This document shows positions 17,807 to 27,217 of a DNA stretch of 64,000 nt, one piece after another. Positions within the stretch are counted from its first letter, which is position 1; each line of letters starts with the position of its first letter. The stretch is from NCBI RefSeq assembly GCF_050013435.1, contig NZ_JBEKFG010000002.1:1071-65070 (forward strand), in the 5' to 3' direction. The position numbers were made by a program, and so were the translations under genes. This DNA is from Candidatus Binatus sp. GTDB taxonomy: Bacteria > Desulfobacterota > Binatia > Binatales > Binataceae. Under the pieces are notes generated by a model that worked only from the letters and a program-made list of their open reading frames with translations, was not told where the DNA came from and did no database searches.

Positions 17807-20260
17807 ATGGCTCGGCTGGCAGCGCACGGAAAATACCTCCTCGACGGCGCGCAGAAATTCTATCTTCGCGGCGTTTCGTACGGCCCGTTTGCTGCGAATT
17901 CCCGCGGCGAAAGATATCCCGAGCCCGAGCGCGCCGCCGCCGACTTCGCCCTGATGAGCCGGCTGGGCGCCAATCTGATTCGTCTCTACGTTCCACCGCC
18001 GCCGTGGATGGTCGAGGAGGCGCAGAAGGCTGGACTGCGCATGATGCTCGGCGTCCCGTGGCCGTTTCACATGGCATTTTTGGATTCACGCGACATGATG
18101 CGCGACATCCGCGACGCGATCCGCAAGACGGTTCTCGAGACGCGCGAATTCGGCGAGACCATCGCAGCCTACAGCATCGGCAATGAGATTCGATCGGATA
18201 TCGTGCGCTGGCACGGGCCGCGCGCCGTCAGCCGCTTCCTCGCCGAACTTCGCGACATCGGAAAACAGATCGACCCCGGAGCGCTTTTCACCTATTCGAA
18301 CTATCCGTCAGCCGAGTATCTTGATCTGAGTTTTCTCGATTTCATTTCGTTCAACGTGTATCTGCATCGCGAGGAAGACTTCCGCCGTTACCTGACCCAT
18401 CTGATGGGACAATCCGGCGAACTGCCGCTGGTGCTCAGCGAAACCGGCATGGATACGGTCCGCGAGGGCGAGCAACATCAGGCCGAACTCCTTTCATGGC
18501 AGTGCCGTGGGGCGTTCGAGCTGGGATTGTCCGGCTTCATCGTGTTCGCATTCACCGACGAATGGCACACCGGCGGATCCGAGATCACCGACTGGGCATT
18601 TGGACTGACCCGCCGCGATCGCTCGCCCAAACTCGCCTTCGACGCGGTCGCCAGGGTCTTCGGCGGCAATCTGCCGCCTCCGCTTGCGGCCGCTCCCAAA
18701 GCGAGCGTGGTGGTAGCCGCTTACAACGCCGCATCGACACTTGGCGAATGTCTCTCCTCGATTCGCGAGCTCAACTATCCAGACTACGAAACAATCGTCA
18801 TCGACGACGGATCGACTGATTCGACTTCTGAAATCGCCAGCCGCGCCGGAGTCCGCGCGATTCGCGTCGAGCACAATGGTCTGGCCGCCGCGCGCAACGC
18901 CGGCGTCGGCGCCGCATCCGGCGATGTCGTCGCGTTCATCGACGCCGACGCGCGTGCCGATCGCGATTGGCTGTATCATCTGGTCGAGACGGTCAAGCGT
19001 CGCGATGCGGCCGCGGCGGCCGGCCCGAATTTCGCCCCCGCTCCCGGATCTGCTCGCGCCGCCGCGATGGCTGCCGCGCCCGGACTGCCGCGCGAGGTGC
19101 GTGCCGGCGACGATCGCCTCGCGCAACTGTGCGGATGCAACATGGCGATTACCAAAGCCGCGCTGCTGAAGGTCGGCGGCTTCGATCCGATGTTCACCAC
19201 CGCCGGCGACGACGTGGATCTTTCCTGGCGCCTTGCGGCGTCGCATGAAACGCTTGCGTACGCTCCTGGAGCGGTCGTGATTCACGAGCGGCGTGCGACT
19301 CTCGCCGCCTACCTCCGCCAGCAGCGCGGCTACGGCGCCGGTGAGGGCTTGCTGCTGCGCAAATTTCCGCTCCGGATCGCTGACCAGGACGGGATCTACG
19401 CGGGGCCGTCATGGATCGGCTCGATGTTCCGCGGCGCGCGCGTCTATTACGGCGCTTTCGGCCGCGGCCTCTTTCAGACCGTCTATTCGACTGGCAACTC
19501 GTACGCCGACCTGCCGCTGACCATTCAATGGGTCGGGTTGTCGCTGATTTTTCTGATCCTTGGCGGAGTCAATCGCATGCTGGGCGTGCTCGGCGCCGGT
19601 GGAATCGCACTCTCGATGCTGGCCGCTGGGGCGAGCGCGGCGTCTGCCCCTTTGCCGCGCGCGCATCGCGGCCCGGCGGCGCGAATCTATCTATGGATCG
19701 TCAATCTGCTCGGCCCTGCCGTTCGCAGTCTTGCGCGCGAGCGCGTCAAATGGCGATTCGAGCCCGCGACTGTCAATGGAGATTACAACGGTCCGCTGAA
19801 GTTAAACGCCCAGCTCGAGTTCGTCATGTCAGACGGCGCCGTGCGAATCGATTCCGCGACGATACTTGCCGCCATCCGCGATGCATTGGTTCGCCGCGGC
19901 GTCGCAGTGGCCGAGACCGACGGCTTCCAGTCCTACGATCTCGAGATCGTCGTTGCGCCGATGATTCGCGTGCCGATAAATGCGTTGCTCCGGAACGACG
20001 GACGCATCGCGCTGCTCTGGCGTCTTCGATCGGCGCCGCGCCGGGCGCTGATCTTCACGGCAATCGCGCTGCTCGTTTTGTTGGCCGCGGGATTGTCAGT
20101 GCGTGCGGGAATCGCCGGCGTAGTATGCACCGCAATCGCAGTCGGGCTGTTGGCGATCAATCGCGCGCGGCGTATCCCCGCGATCATCAAAGCTTGCGCC
20201 GCCGAAGTAGCTGGATCGCTTGGCATCTCGATGGCAACGCGCTCGGAAGGCGACGCTTGA
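17807..20260 (+). CDS. Fusion protein: TIM-barrel glycoside-hydrolase-like domain, family 2 glycosyltransferase, C-terminal TM region
   Basis: The internal ATG at 17807 (MARLAAHGKYLLDGAQKFYLRGVSYGPF) was chosen because the track ORF from 17090 overlaps yihY antisense with an Arg-rich sequence. The GH-like part contains NLIRLY...SIGNEI...LSETG. The GT2 part reads VVVAAYNAASTLGECLSSI...YETIVIDDGSTD...FIDADA. The last ~250 aa are hydrophobic. Confidence 0.7.
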   Translation: MARLAAHGKYLLDGAQKFYLRGVSYGPFAANSRGERYPEPERAAADFALMSRLGANLIRLYVPPPPWMVEEAQKAGLRMMLGVPWPFHMAFLDSRDMMRDIRDAIRKTVLETREFGETIAAYSIGNEIRSDIVRWHGPRAVSRFLAELRDIGKQIDPGALFTYSNYPSAEYLDLSFLDFISFNVYLHREEDFRRYLTHLMGQSGELPLVLSETGMDTVREGEQHQAELLSWQCRGAFELGLSGFIVFAFTDEWHTGGSEITDWAFGLTRRDRSPKLAFDAVARVFGGNLPPPLAAAPKASVVVAAYNAASTLGECLSSIRELNYPDYETIVIDDGSTDSTSEIASRAGVRAIRVEHNGLAAARNAGVGAASGDVVAFIDADARADRDWLYHLVETVKRRDAAAAAGPNFAPAPGSARAAAMAAAPGLPREVRAGDDRLAQLCGCNMAITKAALLKVGGFDPMFTTAGDDVDLSWRLAASHETLAYAPGAVVIHERRATLAAYLRQQRGYGAGEGLLLRKFPLRIADQDGIYAGPSWIGSMFRGARVYYGAFGRGLFQTVYSTGNSYADLPLTIQWVGLSLIFLILGGVNRMLGVLGAGGIALSMLAAGASAASAPLPRAHRGPAARIYLWIVNLLGPAVRSLARERVKWRFEPATVNGDYNGPLKLNAQLEFVMSDGAVRIDSATILAAIRDALVRRGVAVAETDGFQSYDLEIVVAPMIRVPINALLRNDGRIALLWRLRSAPRRALIFTAIALLVLLAAGLSVRAGIAGVVCTAIAVGLLAINRARRIPAIIKACAAEVAGSLGISMATRSEGDA

Positions 20261-22038
20261 TGCGCACGCTGGAACTTTACGGCCACGTTATTCGCAGGAT
20301 GCGTCCGCATCTGGGCCGTCTCGCGATCGCGATCGGCGGTGTGCTGCTTGCCGCGACGACCGAGGTGCTCAAGCCGTGGCCGCTCAAGATCGTAATCGAC
20401 AATGTGCTGCGTGGCGCGCCGATGGTGAGCAAATGGATTCCACCGATGCCGCGCGGCGAGCTTCTGGCAGCCGCGTGCATCAGCCTCGTCATCCTCTACG
20501 CGCTGCTCGGCCTGCTCAACGTCATGACGAATTACGTCACCGTCTCGATCGGCCAGCGGATGGTCAACGAGTTGCGCGCGCGCCTGTTCGATCATTTGCA
20601 GCGCCTATCGCTGTCATTTCATCGCCGCCGCGAAATCGGCGACTTGATGGTGCGCATCACCTACGACACCTACTCGATTCAAACCATCGCAATGAATGGA
20701 TTCTTCCCGGTGTTGTCGTCGCTGATTCTGCTGGGTGAGATGTTCGTTGTGATGATCAGGATGGACGCGACGCTGACGCTCGTGGCGCTCGCCATAGTGC
20801 CGTTCCTGATTCTGTTAATCATGTCGATCAGCGGTCGAATCGACGCGATCGCCGGCGGCGCGCGAATCAAGGAGAGCCGTCTGTTCACCGTCGCGCACAG
20901 CGCGCTCGCCGCGATTCACGTCGTGCAGGCCTTCACTCGAGAGGCCGAGTCGTACCGCGAGTTCGTCGAATCGAGCAGTGAAAGTCTGGGCGCGACTTTG
21001 CGCTTGTACACGCTGCAAACGATTTACGCCGGCGCGGTCGGCGTGTTGATCGCGTGCGGCACGGCCGTCGTGATTTACCTCGGCGCGCAGCACGTCCTTG
21101 ATGGGCGGCTCACGATCGGCGAGCTGATCGTTTTTACGACTTACCTCGCCTCGCTCTACGCGCCGGTGAACCAGATTTCTCAAACCTACGGACAGATCGA
21201 AGGCGCGAAGGCCGGACTCAGGCGATGCCTCGAGTTGCTCGCAATAGATCCCGCAATCAAGGATCGTGCGGGCGCGCAGACGCTTGCCCGCCCCCGCGGC
21301 GAGATCGAATTCGACAATGTCGTGTTCGGCTACGAACCGGGCCGCACCGTGCTCAAGGGGATCAGCTTCAAGGCTGCGCCGGGCGAGACCGTCGCGATCG
21401 TCGGTCCGAGCGGCTCCGGAAAAACCACGATGGCCAGTCTGCTCGCGCGCTTTTACGAACCACAGCAAGGCGCGATCAAGATTGACGGCAACGATACCCG
21501 CTACCTCACCCTCGATTCGATCCGCGGCAACATCGCGATGGTCCTGCAGCCGCCGCTCGTGCTCGGAGACACGATGCGCGTCAACGTCGCGTTCGGAAAG
21601 CCGGTGGCTGACGACGCGCAAGTGCTCCGCGCGATCGAAATGGCGCGGCTCGGACCCGTGCTCGCCAAGTTGCCGGCCGGTCTCAACGAAGTGGTGGGCC
21701 AGGGCGGACACAGTCTTTCCGAGGGGGAGGCGCAGCGCGTCACCATCGCGCGTGCGTTGCTCAAGGACGCGCCGATTCTGATCATGGACGAACCGACCAG
21801 CGCGCTGGATTCTGAAACCGAATCGATGGTGCTCGCCGCCGTGCACGAGGCGATGCGCGGACGGACCACGCTGGTGATCGCGCACCGGCTCTCGACGGTT
21901 CAGAACGCCGATCGAATACTCGTGCTGCGCGACGGCGTAATTGCCGAGCAGGGAACCTTCAGCGAGTTACTGGCTCGAGGCGGCTTCTTCAGCTACCTCT
22001 ACAGCATTCAGGCGTGGAGCCGGGAAGCCGCCGGCTGA
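20260..22038 (+). CDS. ABC transporter, fused permease/ATPase (MsbA / NdvA-like exporter)
   Basis: The ATG at 20260 overlaps the upstream stop (TGATG). It has a six-TM exporter domain, Walker A GPSGSGKTT, the signature LSEGEAQR and Walker B ILIMDEPTSALD. Confidence 0.85.
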   Translation: MRTLELYGHVIRRMRPHLGRLAIAIGGVLLAATTEVLKPWPLKIVIDNVLRGAPMVSKWIPPMPRGELLAAACISLVILYALLGLLNVMTNYVTVSIGQRMVNELRARLFDHLQRLSLSFHRRREIGDLMVRITYDTYSIQTIAMNGFFPVLSSLILLGEMFVVMIRMDATLTLVALAIVPFLILLIMSISGRIDAIAGGARIKESRLFTVAHSALAAIHVVQAFTREAESYREFVESSSESLGATLRLYTLQTIYAGAVGVLIACGTAVVIYLGAQHVLDGRLTIGELIVFTTYLASLYAPVNQISQTYGQIEGAKAGLRRCLELLAIDPAIKDRAGAQTLARPRGEIEFDNVVFGYEPGRTVLKGISFKAAPGETVAIVGPSGSGKTTMASLLARFYEPQQGAIKIDGNDTRYLTLDSIRGNIAMVLQPPLVLGDTMRVNVAFGKPVADDAQVLRAIEMARLGPVLAKLPAGLNEVVGQGGHSLSEGEAQRVTIARALLKDAPILIMDEPTSALDSETESMVLAAVHEAMRGRTTLVIAHRLSTVQNADRILVLRDGVIAEQGTFSELLARGGFFSYLYSIQAWSREAAG

Positions 22039-22068
22039 AGCCGCCGCGCTCATTTGCCGGGAAGATAG

Positions 22069-22674
22069 ATGCTTACAATTGGCCTCACTGGTGGAATCGG
22101 TTCGGGCAAGAGCACCGTCGCGCAGATCCTCGGCGAATTCGGGGCGCCGATTCTCGACGCCGACAAAATCGCGCACGCCACTTACGCTCCCGGCGGTCCC
22201 GCCTACGACGCGGTCGTCGCGGCCTTCGGCGCGGGTATTGTTGCTCCCGATCGCACGATCGATCGCAGGAAACTCGGTTCCGTCGTGTTTGGAAATCCCG
22301 AGCAACTGGGCAAGCTCACGTCGATCGTATGGCCCGCCACCTTCGAGAGCATCCGCCGCAACGTCGCCGAATTGCGCGCGCGCGGTGCCAGGATACCGAT
22401 CGTGGTCGAGGCTGCCATTCTCATCGAGGCAAATTGGCAGCCGCTGTTCGACGAAATCTGGCTGGTGCGCGCCTCGCGCGAGCAAGTGGTCGCTCGAATC
22501 GAGCGCCAACGCGGGCTCAAACCGGCTGAAACCGAGGCGCGCATCCGCGCGCAGTTGCCCGACGAGCAACGCGCGAAGCATTCCAGCCTCGTGATCGAGA
22601 ACAATGGATCGCTCGACGAGTTGCGCGACCTGCTGAAATCGGTGTGGTCCGATGCGCTCAAGCGAAACGGTTAG
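22069..22674 (+). CDS. coaE: Dephospho-CoA kinase
   Basis: 201 aa with MLTIGLTGGIGSGKSTVAQIL and the typical CoaE length and layout. Confidence 0.85.
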   Translation: MLTIGLTGGIGSGKSTVAQILGEFGAPILDADKIAHATYAPGGPAYDAVVAAFGAGIVAPDRTIDRRKLGSVVFGNPEQLGKLTSIVWPATFESIRRNVAELRARGARIPIVVEAAILIEANWQPLFDEIWLVRASREQVVARIERQRGLKPAETEARIRAQLPDEQRAKHSSLVIENNGSLDELRDLLKSVWSDALKRNG

Positions 22675-23447
22675 GCGCCAAGCGCCGCCAGCACCACGAA
22701 CGTAACCACTTCAACCAGCGCACACCCTCCCGCCAGCATGTAACCCGAGGCCCCGCCCATGCGCCGGCTGAGCACCAGCCGCGCCGCCAGGATGGTCAGC
22801 GCCAGCGCGACGATCACCGCCAGTCCGACGTTTTGATACAACCCCATCGTGAGTCCCAGCGCGACCGCGCTGGAGACGGAAAACTCGCGAAACGAAATGC
22901 CGCCTTCGTACGGGATGCCGAGGCCCCAGTGCTCCAGCGGTTTGAGCCCGTAGCCGATCGCAATGATCGCCCATCGCGACAGCATCATCGCCATCACGAT
23001 CGCCGCCGCCCGTCCCGCGTCGTCGGTGATTCGCGACAAGCACCAAATTTCGAATGCGAACGCTCCGATCGCAGCAATCGCGCCGACCGGTCCAATTCGC
23101 GCCAGTCCGGTCGAGGCTGGCCGGGTGCCGCGGCGAAGCACTTCCACCGTGTCCGCGACTCCGCGATTTGCCAGCCCCAGCGACAGCCCCACCGCTATTA
23201 TCAGCACGACGAACGAGCGTCCGACCAGTCCGAAGACCAGGCCGGCGGTTCGATCGGCAATCGCGAGAACTGCGCCGAGGACGAATCCGACAATCGGGAA
23301 ATAGACCGTCGCGCGCGAGCGCTGCGCGGCGGTGCCCTGCGATCTTTCGTCGAGGATTGGCCACAGCGTCAGCGTCGCAGATGCCAGCACGGCTTCGAAC
23401 AGCAGTTCGCGCACACTTGGAAAACTCGTATCGCCCGCCGATTCCAT
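22671..23447 (-). CDS. CobS-like (adenosylcobinamide-GDP ribazoletransferase family) membrane protein, divergent
   Basis: 258 aa, multi-TM. TLWPI...YFPIVGFVLGAVL resembles CobS, but the usual H-x-D-G-x-A-D-T motif reads ANRGVADTVE. Confidence 0.5.
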   Translation of the reverse strand: MESAGDTSFPSVRELLFEAVLASATLTLWPILDERSQGTAAQRSRATVYFPIVGFVLGAVLAIADRTAGLVFGLVGRSFVVLIIAVGLSLGLANRGVADTVEVLRRGTRPASTGLARIGPVGAIAAIGAFAFEIWCLSRITDDAGRAAAIVMAMMLSRWAIIAIGYGLKPLEHWGLGIPYEGGISFREFSVSSAVALGLTMGLYQNVGLAVIVALALTILAARLVLSRRMGGASGYMLAGGCALVEVVTFVVLAALGA

Positions 23448-23591
23448 CGCGACCCCGGTTCAATATACGAAATCTGACTAATCACTCTCCCCGTAACCAG
23501 TTCTAACAGGGACGAAGTCCCGCGTCATTTCTTATCTTAATACGGGGAGGTCACCCCGCGCGCGACAGAAGAATCACCTGCGCGGTGGGCG

Positions 23592-23720
23592 GCAGGGGCT
23601 GACCCCTGCACCCACTGTTAATCGAAAAGTCCGCCGAAGCGTCCTTTTCTCTCAAGGCTGAGAGCGAAAGCCCGTCCTCGGGATTTCGCGATGGACACTG
23701 GGTGCCGGGCTCAGCCCTGC
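23592..23720 (+). repeat. REP/MITE-like element, variant cargo; shares the first ~30 nt with the 111-nt family
   Basis: It begins GCAGGGGCTGACCCCTGCACCCACTGTTAA (compare GCAGGGGTGACCCCTGCACCCAATGTTAA at 34992 and 47284). It ends CACTGGGTGCCGGGCTCAGCCCTGC. The interior is unrelated to the other copies. Confidence 0.6.
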
Positions 23721-23791
23721 CGCGGGCCCTTCTATCGCGTAGTCGCGAAAAGATGCGCTGCGCAGATTTTCGCGTCTTCTCACTACTGGGT

Positions 23792-23905
23792 GCAGGGGCC
23801 GCAGCCCCTGCCCGTGGCGACGGCAGCGCAGTATTAAGCCGTTGGCAGGGACCGCGCGCGACAACGGAGCGCGGCCTTAATGCTGAGTGCAGGGGTCACC
23901 CCTGC
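23792..23905 (-). repeat. ~111-nt structured intergenic repeat, copy A (inverted orientation)
   Basis: The reverse complement aligns almost base for base with 34992-35102 and 47284-47394. The core is TTAAGGCCGCGCTCCGTTGTCGCGCGCGG(C/T)CCCTGCCAACGGCTTAATACTGCGCTGCCGTCGCCACG, bounded by GCAGGGG-N-CCCCTGC palindromes. It abuts the GST stop codon. Confidence 0.85.
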
Positions 23906-24630
23906 TAGCGCTTCTCGAACTGCTTGTCGCCGAACAGTATGTCCCACGTTTTTTTGTCATGGGCCGGTTGATTCGCCTGCGTCGCCGCGCGCATCCTTTC
24001 CACAACCTCGCTCATCACGGCGAAACCGCTCTGGGTCGCCGGCCGTGCGCGCAGCTCGTCGTACCATTTCTTCAGATTCGGAAAATCTTCGAGGTTCTGT
24101 CCCTGCATCGAATGCGGCACGAGCCACGGGTAGGTCGCGATATCGGCGATCGAGTAATCGCCCGCCAGGTACTTCGCTTCGCCCAGGCGCTTGTCGATCA
24201 CGCCGTAAATCCGTTTCGCTTCGCTGGTGTAACGGTTGATCGCGTACTCGAGCTTCTCGGGCGCGTAGCGGCGGAAGTGATGCGCTTGGCCGAGCATCGG
24301 GCCGACGCTCGCCATCTGAAACATCAGCCACTGGATCACGTTGTACTTTCCGCGCGTTTCCGACGGCATCAGCTTGCCGGTCTTCTCGGCCAGGTACATC
24401 AGGATCGCGCCCGACTCGAAAATCGAAATTGGTTTTCCGCCGGGGCCGTCGGGATCGGTGATCGCGGGCATTTTGTTGTTCGGGCTGATCTTGAGGAACT
24501 CGGGCTTGAACTGCTCGCCCGCGCCGATATTGAGCGGGATCACATTGTACTTGAGGCCGACTTCCTCGAGCATCCACGTGATCTTGTAGCCGTTGGGCGT
24601 TGGCCAGAAATATACGTCGATCATCGGCAA
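23905..24630 (-). CDS. Glutathione S-transferase family protein (YfcG/YghU-like, Nu class)
   Basis: 241 aa. IDVYFWPTPNGYKITWMLEEVGLKYNVIPLNIGAGEQFKPEFLKISPNNKMPAI matches the Nu-class GST N-terminal thioredoxin fold. Confidence 0.8.
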   Translation of the reverse strand: MPMIDVYFWPTPNGYKITWMLEEVGLKYNVIPLNIGAGEQFKPEFLKISPNNKMPAITDPDGPGGKPISIFESGAILMYLAEKTGKLMPSETRGKYNVIQWLMFQMASVGPMLGQAHHFRRYAPEKLEYAINRYTSEAKRIYGVIDKRLGEAKYLAGDYSIADIATYPWLVPHSMQGQNLEDFPNLKKWYDELRARPATQSGFAVMSEVVERMRAATQANQPAHDKKTWDILFGDKQFEKR

Positions 24631-24716
24631 CTCCTTGTACGTTTATTCGAAACGAAGCGTCCGTTTCATATTGCAACTTGGATCAGTCCCGCGCGCGACG
24701 CAAACGGAAAACCTGG

Positions 24717-27188
24717 CTAGCGCGGCATCAGATCCAATTGGCCCTCGGCCGACGATTGCGCACGGGTAAAACTCGGATCGAGCGCATGATACTCGCCGCG
24801 GCTCCAGGGGCCGATCATATCGTCGTAGTGATGCGACGCCGGATGGTCCGATTCGCCGCTGTGATTCATTCCGAGCGCGCCTTCGGGATCGGCAAGGTCG
24901 GTGATGAACCGGTACGACGAAATCTGCGTCACCGTGAATTGATCCGTCTCATCGCCCAAATCGAACCACGAGTTGTTTACCGTATGCCGCCCGCCCTCCG
25001 TCGGGTATGGCCCGCGGTTGAAGTACCATCCGAGCACGCCGCCGCGCTCGCCCAGCGGATGCGCAAACTCGATCGTCTCCATCGCGCCCCATCGCCACTT
25101 GTCGCGATCGGTGCCGAGGCGCTGCGCGAGTAGCGCGAGCGAATCCTTCACACTCGCGCGCAGCGTCGCATTCGCATTGTCGGCGCCGCCGGGCCACAGC
25201 GGACTCGCCGGCCGCACGATCATGTCTTCGCTCGCCGGATATGCGCCGCCGTCCTCGAGCAGCATGAACGATTTGTAGTCGTCGCCGAGCAGCGGCTTGA
25301 ACACCCGCCGCGCCATCGTCACTTCGGTCGCCGCGACAATCGCAGCCGGCCTGCTGCTCGCCGTCATTGCACCGTCCCATCCGCGGATTTCGCCGAGCGC
25401 CCATCGCACGTCTTCGTCGCCGCCGTCGCCCGCCTGTACCAGCGCGTCGCGCAGCTTGAGCGCGAAGATCGACACCCGATCTCGTTGAATCGATTTGAAA
25501 TCGGCCGCCGTCATCTTGTCGCGCGCGCGGATCAAATCCGAGATGCGATCGTAGCGCCACGGCGCGATCCAACTTCCATTCCACGGTACGTCGGCCAGGC
25601 GATTGTTCGCAGTGACGATGAAATGTGTCGGCGGATTCTCGGTATGCGGCAAACTGTCGAACGGGATCATTCCGTTCCATTCGAAATTTCCCGTGAATCC
25701 CGCGGTCGGGTACTTGCCATCGAAGCCGGCGCGATTCGGTACCGCGCCAACGATATGCCATCCGATATTTCCCGAATCATCGCCCCAAACGAGATTGAGC
25801 GGCGTCGTCGTGAAGGTACGATACGCTTCGACCAGCTCCTTTCCCGTGCGCGCGGTGGCCGCGCCGAATCCCGACGCTGCCGACGGTCCGGGAGTCAGTC
25901 CCGCAAATCGCAGCGACAGCGCGTAATTTCCCCGCAGCTTGACGCCGCTGAGCGGGTTGTCCTCGCGCGCAAGCACGTTGCTGACTATGGGGCCGCGGCG
26001 CGTCGAGAGGATCGTCCGCGTCACGTCGCTCGCGTCTCTGACGTGAATCGTCACGTCGCGCCGCTCCAGCGGAAGCCATTTTCCCTGGAACTCGTAACTT
26101 TTGCCGTCGGCCGAGAGATGCTCGAGGCTGAGATCCATCACATCCGCGCACACGCTCGTCACGCCCCACGCGACATGCCCGTTGGTGCCGATCGCGACTG
26201 CCGGGGACCCCGCCGCCAGCGCGCCCGAGGTGAAGCCGTCGGGAGTCACCAGCACCGCCTCGTACCAAATCGACGGGATCGATTGCGGCAGATGCGGGTC
26301 GCTCGCGAGCATCGGCTTGCCCGACAGCGACTTGGTGCCATCGATCACCCAGTTGTTGCTGGCGGGGATGCCCATGTGCCCGATGCGCGCGAAGCCGGGC
26401 GCGAGCGTGAAGCCGGACGGGAGATTCTCCGACAGCTTCGCGCTTGCGAACACCGCGGTCGTCTCGGGCGGCGGCGCCTCCAGCGGCAGCGACGGATACA
26501 CCGGCATCAGCGCGGCGATCTCACTCGGCGCCATCTTCGGCGCAAGGTTGATATACAGCGACTCCTCGGTCGCGTTGTAACCGAGCAACGTCGCAATCGT
26601 CAGCGCGCCTGCTTCGAGATCTTCGGCCGTGTAATGCGCTGGCTTGATGCCGAGGAGCCGAAACGCGGGCTCCAGACTGTCCTGATGCCCGTCGATATAA
26701 GCGTTGATGCCGCCGACGAACGCGTCCACTTGCGCGCGCATCTCGGGCGGATAGGTCGCGACACTGTCGCGTGCGAATTTTTCAGGATCGAACAGCCGAT
26801 AGACGTAATCGCTTTCGACCAGGTCGGCGCCAAACACTTCAGCCAGACGGCCCTCGGCCAGCCGCCGGCGCATCTCGAGCTGGAACAGCCGGTCCTGCGC
26901 CTGCGTGTAGCCCAGCGCCCGCGCGAGGTCGAGCCGGTTCTGTGCATAGATATGCGGCACGCCGGCCGGGTCGCGAATCACCTTGACCGGAGCAATCAGC
27001 CCGGCGAGATGCACGACGCCCGACTCCGGCGCGAGCCCGCTGTGGGTCATCTGGTAGAACAACCCCGCCGTCACGGCGATAAAGACGAACGCGACCACGA
27101 GTCCGGCCACCGCGCGTCTGCGTGCGCGCGGCAAACGATACCGAGGGCGCCGGGGACCTTCGCTCGGATGCTCCGCCATCGGGGTCAC
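24717..27188 (-). CDS. Penicillin acylase family Ntn-hydrolase (possible acyl-homoserine-lactone / beta-lactam acylase)
   Basis: 823 aa with an N-terminal TM/signal and the processing/nucleophile site GIPASNNWVIDG (Ser-Asn-Asn-Trp). The size is typical of the family. Confidence 0.85.
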   Translation of the reverse strand: MTPMAEHPSEGPRRPRYRLPRARRRAVAGLVVAFVFIAVTAGLFYQMTHSGLAPESGVVHLAGLIAPVKVIRDPAGVPHIYAQNRLDLARALGYTQAQDRLFQLEMRRRLAEGRLAEVFGADLVESDYVYRLFDPEKFARDSVATYPPEMRAQVDAFVGGINAYIDGHQDSLEPAFRLLGIKPAHYTAEDLEAGALTIATLLGYNATEESLYINLAPKMAPSEIAALMPVYPSLPLEAPPPETTAVFASAKLSENLPSGFTLAPGFARIGHMGIPASNNWVIDGTKSLSGKPMLASDPHLPQSIPSIWYEAVLVTPDGFTSGALAAGSPAVAIGTNGHVAWGVTSVCADVMDLSLEHLSADGKSYEFQGKWLPLERRDVTIHVRDASDVTRTILSTRRGPIVSNVLAREDNPLSGVKLRGNYALSLRFAGLTPGPSAASGFGAATARTGKELVEAYRTFTTTPLNLVWGDDSGNIGWHIVGAVPNRAGFDGKYPTAGFTGNFEWNGMIPFDSLPHTENPPTHFIVTANNRLADVPWNGSWIAPWRYDRISDLIRARDKMTAADFKSIQRDRVSIFALKLRDALVQAGDGGDEDVRWALGEIRGWDGAMTASSRPAAIVAATEVTMARRVFKPLLGDDYKSFMLLEDGGAYPASEDMIVRPASPLWPGGADNANATLRASVKDSLALLAQRLGTDRDKWRWGAMETIEFAHPLGERGGVLGWYFNRGPYPTEGGRHTVNNSWFDLGDETDQFTVTQISSYRFITDLADPEGALGMNHSGESDHPASHHYDDMIGPWSRGEYHALDPSFTRAQSSAEGQLDLMPR

Positions 27189-27217
27189 ACTGGATCAGCG
27201 GAGACGATGCCGCAAGC

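Noticed and set aside
23448-23600. Possible cobalamin riboswitch in the leader of the cobS-like gene.
   Set aside because: I could not find the B12-box or the conserved GGTGAAAATCC / GCCACTG core on either strand. The region is explained by REP-like palindromes. A Rfam cobalamin covariance-model scan would settle it.
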